From an uncultured Chloroflexia bacterium (GTDB lineage Bacteria > Chloroflexota > Chloroflexia > QHBQ01 > JADMIH01): a stretch of DNA of 64,000 nt. Shown in pieces: positions 58,471 through 64,000 of the stretch. The notes under the pieces were generated by a model, which ran no database searches, was not told where the DNA came from, and was given only the letters and a program-made list of their open reading frames with translations. The stretch is taken from contig CAWCNY010000006.1 in NCBI GenBank assembly GCA_963797095.1, positions 996,374 to 1,060,373 of the forward strand, written 5' to 3'. The position numbers and the translations under genes are program-made. Numbering within the stretch: the stretch's first letter is position 1; each line of letters starts with the position of its first letter.

Positions 58471-59775
58471 CTAGATGAAGCGCGCGTTTGGTTCTATATC
58501 GAGGGCAAAGTCGTACTGGAGAGAGTTGGCGTAGCGGTAATAGGCTGCCGCTGCGATCATGGCTGCATTGTCGGTACAGAGCACGAGCGGTGGGTAGCGG
58601 AAGGGAACTCGCAAGCGCTGGGCCAGCGCTTCGCGGAGGAGCGAATTGGCGGCCACGCCGCCCGCTACCAGCATCTCGCGCACTCCGAACTCGACAGCGG
58701 CGGCAGCGGTCTTCTCCACAAGGGCGTCCACGACCGCAGCCTGGAATGAGGCGGCGAGATCGGCCACTGGCAGGGTGTCCGTGTGGGTGATGCCTGCGTG
58801 CGGTTCTGGGGGGCCGGAAGAGCCCTGCGCATGGGCTACCTTGATTGGAGGCGGCGTGGGAGCAGCAGATGGGTTGTGGGCCTCCTCGGTGTGGGGAGGG
58901 GCATCGCCATCGACTGTGAAGGTGCTGATATCTACCAATTGCGTAGTTTCAAGCGACGGATGCGGGGTAGCGCGAGGTGCTTCGTTCTTCTGTGCGTTGC
59001 TTGAGAGTTGTGGGGGCGTTGGGGCAGGCGGTTGGGAGGTTTGCCAGGGCGCGGGCTTCTCGGATTGGAAGCCATATTCCTGCACTTTGCGAAGGAGTGC
59101 GGTTTTCACGCCGCTGAATGAGAAATCGTATGTGCCCTTGAGCCAGGCACGTGGGAAGGGGAAGCGCTCAGGGTTGCCACCCTCGGCTGCGCGCTGGATG
59201 GCAGGACCGCCCGGATAGCCGAGTCCGAGGATGCGGGCGGCCTTGTCAAACGCCTCGCCTGCGGCATCGTCGATAGTCTTGCCAAGCAGGCGATACTGGC
59301 CGTGACCGGTCATCAAAATAAGCTCGGTGTGACCACCGGAGACGATAAGGCAGAGGGCAGGAAAGCGCGGCTCGAACGGTATGTCTCCTTCGGCAGCCCT
59401 AGACTCTGGGATCAGCCAGTTCGAATAGATATGGCCTTCGAGGTGGTTGACGGCGATCAGGGGCTTGCCGCGTGCGAAGGCGATGGCCTTGGCGGCGTTC
59501 ACCCCGACGAGGAGGGCTGGAGAGAGGCCGGGGCCGCGAGTGACCGCCACCGCGTCGAGGTTGACCCAGCTCATACCGGTGCGGGTCAGCGCCTCTTCCA
59601 GCACTGGGACGATGGTAACGATATGTTGGCGCGAGGCAAGCTCAGGCACTACGCCGCCGTACTTCTGATGTAGCGCGATTTGCGAGGCAATTACGTTGGT
59701 GACTATGTGCCGCCCGTCGCGGACGATGGCGACGGAGGTCTCGTCGCAGGAAGTTTCGATTGCAAGGATGTTCAT
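58471..59775 (-). CDS. tsaD: tRNA t6A threonylcarbamoyltransferase TsaD
   Basis: IETSCDET, HLEGH, SGGHT, DDAAGEAFDK, FSFSG, CTDNAAM; long Pro-rich insert. Confidence 0.96.
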   Translation of the reverse strand: MNILAIETSCDETSVAIVRDGRHIVTNVIASQIALHQKYGGVVPELASRQHIVTIVPVLEEALTRTGMSWVNLDAVAVTRGPGLSPALLVGVNAAKAIAFARGKPLIAVNHLEGHIYSNWLIPESRAAEGDIPFEPRFPALCLIVSGGHTELILMTGHGQYRLLGKTIDDAAGEAFDKAARILGLGYPGGPAIQRAAEGGNPERFPFPRAWLKGTYDFSFSGVKTALLRKVQEYGFQSEKPAPWQTSQPPAPTPPQLSSNAQKNEAPRATPHPSLETTQLVDISTFTVDGDAPPHTEEAHNPSAAPTPPPIKVAHAQGSSGPPEPHAGITHTDTLPVADLAASFQAAVVDALVEKTAAAAVEFGVREMLVAGGVAANSLLREALAQRLRVPFRYPPLVLCTDNAAMIAAAAYYRYANSLQYDFALDIEPNARFI

Positions 59776-59833
59776 TGAGTTTTCCAGACCTGGGATCGTG
59801 GGTAGAGATCGATATAGCGCGACAGTGGGCCGG

Positions 59834-60640
59834 TTATTGCAGTTTGCTGCGGTCAGTAGAATGTGCGGGTGGGGGCTGAGCGCGGAACGCGGCGCTGAGG
59901 CGTTCGGTTAGCTGCTTTCGAAGGCCGGCAATGCGGCTCTTGTGCTGTGGAGAGTTGAGTGGCTCGCTCCACATGATATAGGCGTCTTCATTGTTGTCGC
60001 TGTAGTAGCGGCGGCGAACGCCGCTGATTTCGAGGCCGTATTTGCGATAAAGGGCCTGGGCAGAGAGGTTGGACACGCGCACTTCGAGGGTAATGCGGTG
60101 AGCGCCCATCTCGCGGGCGATGTCGGCAAGGCCCAGGAAAAGAAGCTCGCCTGCGCCCTGGCCCCGGTGGTCCGGGTGGACTCCTATGGTGGTGACGTGT
60201 CCCTCGTCCACCATAAGCCAGAGACCGGCGTACCCAGCCATCTCGAAGTCGCCGCTATCGACAAGGGTAAGCTCTTCCGCGCTGCTAGCGGGGAATCTAC
60301 CGTCTGTCGTTGAGGCGGACGTGGTGCTCCACCAGGGAACGAGCGATACTATGCGCGAGAGGAGGCCGACGGGAGTCCTGACGCCTGAGCCGTTATGCGC
60401 CAGCGTATGCAGTTCTGGGTGGTTGAGAGAGGTGATGGTAAGCTCGGAAGGCGGAGTAACGCCGAGGCGCGCAGCGAGAGCCGGGGATATCCACCAGGCT
60501 ACTATGTAACGGTTGGTCTCAGGGGTCTTTAGCTCGCGCCTGTACGCCGAAGTGGGCCACGGCATGCTGAAGCAGAGGCGCTCGATGCGAGCCACTTCCG
60601 GTATATCTTCGGCTGTCATGTACTCAAGTAGGTAGGGCAT
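59834..60640 (-). CDS. rimI: Ribosomal-protein-alanine N-acetyltransferase
   Basis: FSMPW, HVTTIGV..RGQGAG, TLEVRVSN, RRRYY..EDA; lies between tsaB and tsaD. Confidence 0.9.
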   Translation of the reverse strand: MPYLLEYMTAEDIPEVARIERLCFSMPWPTSAYRRELKTPETNRYIVAWWISPALAARLGVTPPSELTITSLNHPELHTLAHNGSGVRTPVGLLSRIVSLVPWWSTTSASTTDGRFPASSAEELTLVDSGDFEMAGYAGLWLMVDEGHVTTIGVHPDHRGQGAGELLFLGLADIAREMGAHRITLEVRVSNLSAQALYRKYGLEISGVRRRYYSDNNEDAYIMWSEPLNSPQHKSRIAGLRKQLTERLSAAFRAQPPPAHSTDRSKLQ

Positions 60641-60643
60641 ACG

Positions 60644-61366
60644 TTAGCTTTGAGTTGTGAGCGGTTCCGGTTGCGGGCTGCTTGCTGCCTGCTGAGGTTG
60701 AAGATAGATAGCCTGGAGAGTGGCGGGGTCGTCGGAGTCGCTATGCTGGGCGCGCTGGAGGGCCAGTTCGGCCAGGTAGGAGGCGCGGCGGAGGCCCGCG
60801 GCAGCGGGAGCGATGGCGGCCTCCTTGCCAAGCGCCCGCGTGATGTCGGAGGCGGTTTCAGGTGTGATCTCGCCGCAGAACAGAGTAGCGAGATTGGCGG
60901 CGCGCGAAGCTATTGCCGCGGCCATTTCGGCGGCTGTGGTGTTCGCGTAGGAGGTAAGACGCTGCCAGCGCGTGCCCTTGGTACGGTACAAGGCCCACGC
61001 AAGGCGATGCCTGCCCATGCTGAGGACGGCGCACACCTGCGCGGCTGTAACGGCGACCTGGCTATAGGCGAGCGCATCGAGGCTTGGCACGCCCCAGAGG
61101 GGGATGGCAAGCGCATAGGAGAGGGTCTTGGCGGTGCTGAGGCCAATCCGCACACCGCTATACGAGCCTGGACCTGTGGCAACCGCAACGCCTGTCAGGT
61201 CGCGCACGGTCACACCCACAGCGGACATGGCGCGCTGGATGTTTGGTAGCAACTGCGTGGTCTGCTCGCGCCCCGCCAGCCACGATTGCTCGAACAGGAC
61301 GCCCGACGGGGGTCTGTAAAGTGCAATGCTGATCATGTCTGTACTTGTATCTATGGCTAATATCAT
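60644..61366 (-). CDS. tsaB: t6A biosynthesis protein TsaB
   Basis: LAIDTS, GPGSYSGVRIG. Confidence 0.94.
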   Translation of the reverse strand: MILAIDTSTDMISIALYRPPSGVLFEQSWLAGREQTTQLLPNIQRAMSAVGVTVRDLTGVAVATGPGSYSGVRIGLSTAKTLSYALAIPLWGVPSLDALAYSQVAVTAAQVCAVLSMGRHRLAWALYRTKGTRWQRLTSYANTTAAEMAAAIASRAANLATLFCGEITPETASDITRALGKEAAIAPAAAGLRRASYLAELALQRAQHSDSDDPATLQAIYLQPQQAASSPQPEPLTTQS

Positions 61367-61406
61367 AGGCAGTTGAGGATTGACAGATCAATGAGCAATA
61401 ATCGGG

Positions 61407-61934
61407 TTAACCGAATGCGGCGTGCTTAAAATCATCCAGCAGTTGTTCGTAGCGAGAACCGCTTGCATAGAAGCGAAGGGTGCGTTTGGTATCGTTGAGG
61501 TGGCTGAATTGGATCGATAGGTAGTCGTCAGAGAGCCAGGGGGCAGCCTCGGCGGGCCATTCAATGACAGTTACACCCCGGCCTTCAAGGTAATCATCGA
61601 GGCCAAGCGTGGCGATGTCCTCTATTCCGTGAAGGCGATAGAGGTCAATATGGGCGAATGGGAGTCGACCGCCACGATACTCATTGATGAGTGTGAAGGT
61701 AGGTGAGTTGACATAACGACTGTCGAGGCCCAGACCCCTCGCTATCCCCTGGGTGAATGTAGTCTTACCCGAGCCGAACTCTCCTTCCAGCAGCACCACA
61801 TCGCCTGGGGAGAGGCACTTGCCCAGGTGCGCTCCCAGCCGCTTGGTCTGCTCTACACTGTGACTCACAATGTCCAGGTTTGCCCGTGTCGGCACCTCTT
61901 TTCGTGGGTTCCTCTCATCTGGTTTTATGGTCAT
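61407..61934 (-). CDS. tsaE: t6A biosynthesis ATPase TsaE
   Basis: GEFGSGKT, SPTFTL, HIDLYRL, IEW. Confidence 0.95.
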   Translation of the reverse strand: MTIKPDERNPRKEVPTRANLDIVSHSVEQTKRLGAHLGKCLSPGDVVLLEGEFGSGKTTFTQGIARGLGLDSRYVNSPTFTLINEYRGGRLPFAHIDLYRLHGIEDIATLGLDDYLEGRGVTVIEWPAEAAPWLSDDYLSIQFSHLNDTKRTLRFYASGSRYEQLLDDFKHAAFG

Positions 61935-61989
61935 GGGTCGTGCGCCGCGACGAATGAAAGTAAGGCTGCGGTTCGATAAATTCCAGGTT

Positions 61990-63177
61990 TCACCTTGTAT
62001 TTCGCTTTCTAGTCCCCGATTTGCCGGTGGTTACGCCATCGAGCACTTCCGCAGTCTGGCGGGCGGTGCGCTCCCAACTGAAGGTCGAGGCTTGTTGTAG
62101 CGCAGCTTGGCCCAGACGTGCGGCCAATGCGGGGTCGCGTAGCAGTGACCGGAGCGCATCCGCCCACGCCCCGATGCCCATCGGATCGACCAGGATGCCC
62201 GCGTTGCCGACTACTTCGGGCAGGGCCGATGTGTTGGAGGCTACCACAGGGGTACCGCATGACATGGCTTCAAGGGCCGGGAGACCGAACCCTTCATAAA
62301 GGGAAGGATAGGCACACACACCGGCGATATTATACCACAGCGGTAGCTCGTCGTCAGGCACGCGACCTAGCCAGCGTACGCGCCCGCCCTGCTCCCGGGA
62401 GCCGAGTCCAAGACGCTCGGCGGTGGCGAATATCTCATCGTAATACCAGCCCTTGCTGCCGCCTACCACAAGAATAACATCGGACAGATCGGGGTCGTGG
62501 GCGAGTGCAGCGAAGGCGTGGAGGAGAGTAGAGATGTTCTTGCGGGGTTCGAGGGTGCCGATATGGATGATGATGCGCCCTTCTATGCCCTTCTCGTAGC
62601 GGAAATTCGACCTCTCTAGCTCGGAGATCGGGTGGAACTGTGTGCCGACGCCATTATAGACCGTGGTGACGTGCGAGGGTGGGATATGGAGGAGCTTAAT
62701 AACATCGCGCCGAGTAGTCTCGGAGACCGCAATGACCTGCCTGGCATGGCGGGCGGACCAGCCGGTCATAGCGGTGAGATAGAGGCGCTTGAGAGGGTGG
62801 AAAGCGGCAGGATAGCGAAGGAAGATCAGGTCGTGGATGGTGAGCAAAGTGGGGCAGGGAGCTATGAAGGGGCGGACATTGACCGGGCAAAAGAGGAGGT
62901 CGAGGCGAAGGCGCCCAGCGGCGAAAGGGAGGATCGTTTGCTCCCAGGCGATACGAATCGGGGCGCGCACAGTGGGGAAGCGGCTGCGAGAAAAGGCGAG
63001 ATTAGGAGGGGCCGGAAAACCGGTAGGGATTGGAGCGTTGCCGACGAAGGCGGTGAAGCGGGAGTGGGGCTGCTGAGGGGGAAGCTGGATCAGAAGCTCG
63101 TAGATGTAGCGGCTGAGACCGGCCTGGCGGTAGTTGCCGGTGAAGGCCAGCAGGTGGGCGTTGATGCCGATGTGCAT
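61990..63177 (-). CDS. Glycosyltransferase family 4 (mannosyltransferase-like)
   Basis: TIHDL, GTLEPRKN, PSLYEGFGLPALEAM. Confidence 0.9.
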   Translation of the reverse strand: MHIGINAHLLAFTGNYRQAGLSRYIYELLIQLPPQQPHSRFTAFVGNAPIPTGFPAPPNLAFSRSRFPTVRAPIRIAWEQTILPFAAGRLRLDLLFCPVNVRPFIAPCPTLLTIHDLIFLRYPAAFHPLKRLYLTAMTGWSARHARQVIAVSETTRRDVIKLLHIPPSHVTTVYNGVGTQFHPISELERSNFRYEKGIEGRIIIHIGTLEPRKNISTLLHAFAALAHDPDLSDVILVVGGSKGWYYDEIFATAERLGLGSREQGGRVRWLGRVPDDELPLWYNIAGVCAYPSLYEGFGLPALEAMSCGTPVVASNTSALPEVVGNAGILVDPMGIGAWADALRSLLRDPALAARLGQAALQQASTFSWERTARQTAEVLDGVTTGKSGTRKRNTR

Positions 63178-63578
63178 ATCGGTGATTATAACAGGCCACC
63201 CGGCTGGGTGGAAGCGCGGGAGAATGGGTCGCATGAAGCGAAGAGGAATCGCAGCACATCCACAAGCAGAGGTGAGTAGAAATCCACTACGTAATATTAC
63301 GTATTTTTGACATAACGTATACTACTTTCGGGTTAACTACTTCCTTATGTAAACTTTTCGTGATATACTGCCTCACGAAGCAAAGGCGCGCTCTTTCCTG
63401 GCAGTAGTAGTACTTTCGGGCTACAACTTTAGCGGGTATGGGTCGTGCTTTTTTGTGTCGGTTGAAAGGGGCGTAGCCATCCAAGCGGTGTATTGGAGGC
63501 AAGTTTCCGCGCCGCCGGTGGAAGAGGATAATGCGGCGGTTGGAGTTATTTTAGGCTGTTTCTGAGGAGGAGTACATC

Positions 63579-63809
63579 ATGATCAGACGCACCTTACGCT
63601 ATGCTCGCTACGCTTTGGTGGTGGGCGGCATCTTCGCCTCGTTTGCTTTGAGCGTCAATTGGAGCGCAGCCGATAGTGTGAACTGGAGCAGTGTAAACTG
63701 GAGCAGACCGGATAGTGTAAATTGGAGCAGTGTAAATTGGAGCCGCCCCGAAAGTGTGAATTGGAGCAGTGTAAACTGGAGCCGGTCTGAAAGTGTAAAC
63801 TGGAGCTAG
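63579..63809 (+). CDS. Small putatively exported peptide with 8 SVNWS repeats
   Basis: GAGGAGGAG RBS; basic N-region plus hydrophobic stretch; synonymous variation among repeats; terminator downstream. Confidence 0.82.
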   Translation: MIRRTLRYARYALVVGGIFASFALSVNWSAADSVNWSSVNWSRPDSVNWSSVNWSRPESVNWSSVNWSRSESVNWS

Positions 63810-63863
63810 GCCGCTAGCTGCACGAGAGATAAAGCACGAGTTAGCACGAGAAGGAAGATTGTA

Positions 63864-63889
63864 GAGGAGGCCTGCGGGCCTCCTATTTT
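63864..63889 (+). terminator. Intrinsic terminator after the SVNWS peptide gene
   Basis: AGGAGGCC-loop-GGCCTCCT followed by ATTTT. Confidence 0.7.
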
Positions 63890-63907
63890 CGTGGGGACAC
63901 GCCACGC

Positions 63908-63936
63908 TTGACGAGGGATGTGCTATTGCGTATAAT
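63908..63936 (+). promoter_or_regulatory. Sigma70 promoter of the tRNA
   Basis: TTGACG-17 bp-TATAAT. Confidence 0.75.
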
Positions 63937-63967
63937 ATGAGGGCGCAGGCGTGAGCGTATGATACAT

Positions 63968-64000
63968 GGGGATGTAGCTCAGTTGGGAGAGCATCACACT
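63968..64000 (+). tRNA. tRNA 5' part, probably tRNA-Ala (anticodon beyond window edge)
   Basis: GGGGATG TA GCTCAGTTGGGAGAGC acceptor strand and D-arm; G3 fits Ala identity. Confidence 0.8.

Noticed and set aside
63640-63809. SVNWS DNA repeats as a CRISPR array
   Set aside because: 15/39-bp period in coding frame with synonymous changes and no unique spacers

Overview
GC-rich bacterial chromosomal segment, probably Chloroflexota (inferred from RpoC architecture, gene repertoire and IS types). Housekeeping genes: purD, nudF-like, family-4 UDG, IMPDH/GMPR, xfp, aconitase, aspS, rpoB-rpoC, asnB-like, dcd, gpmI, Ni/Co ECF transporter, tsaE-tsaB-rimI-tsaD and a partial tRNA at the right edge. Four IS elements have readable ends and target-site duplications (IS5/ISNCY-like, IS66, ISKra4, IS4-like), and there are several pseudogenes. 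Most notable: (1) a 37-bp repeat / 35-bp AT-rich spacer / 37-bp repeat unit inside the IS5/ISNCY transposase, where the repeat is duplicated transposase coding sequence, the footprint expected from off-target Cas1-Cas2 spacer integration (natural 'neo-CRISPR'); (2) a stand-alone, apparently exported 76-aa peptide with 8 copies of SVNWS; (3) an aconitase fused in frame to a SAM methyltransferase; (4) a CBS-HEPN protein followed by a CBS-only paralogue; (5) a Trypco1-like gene paired with a CHAT-TM-WD40 protein; (6) two nested IS elements a few bp upstream of the rpoB -35 box. All calls are from reading the sequence; no searches were run.
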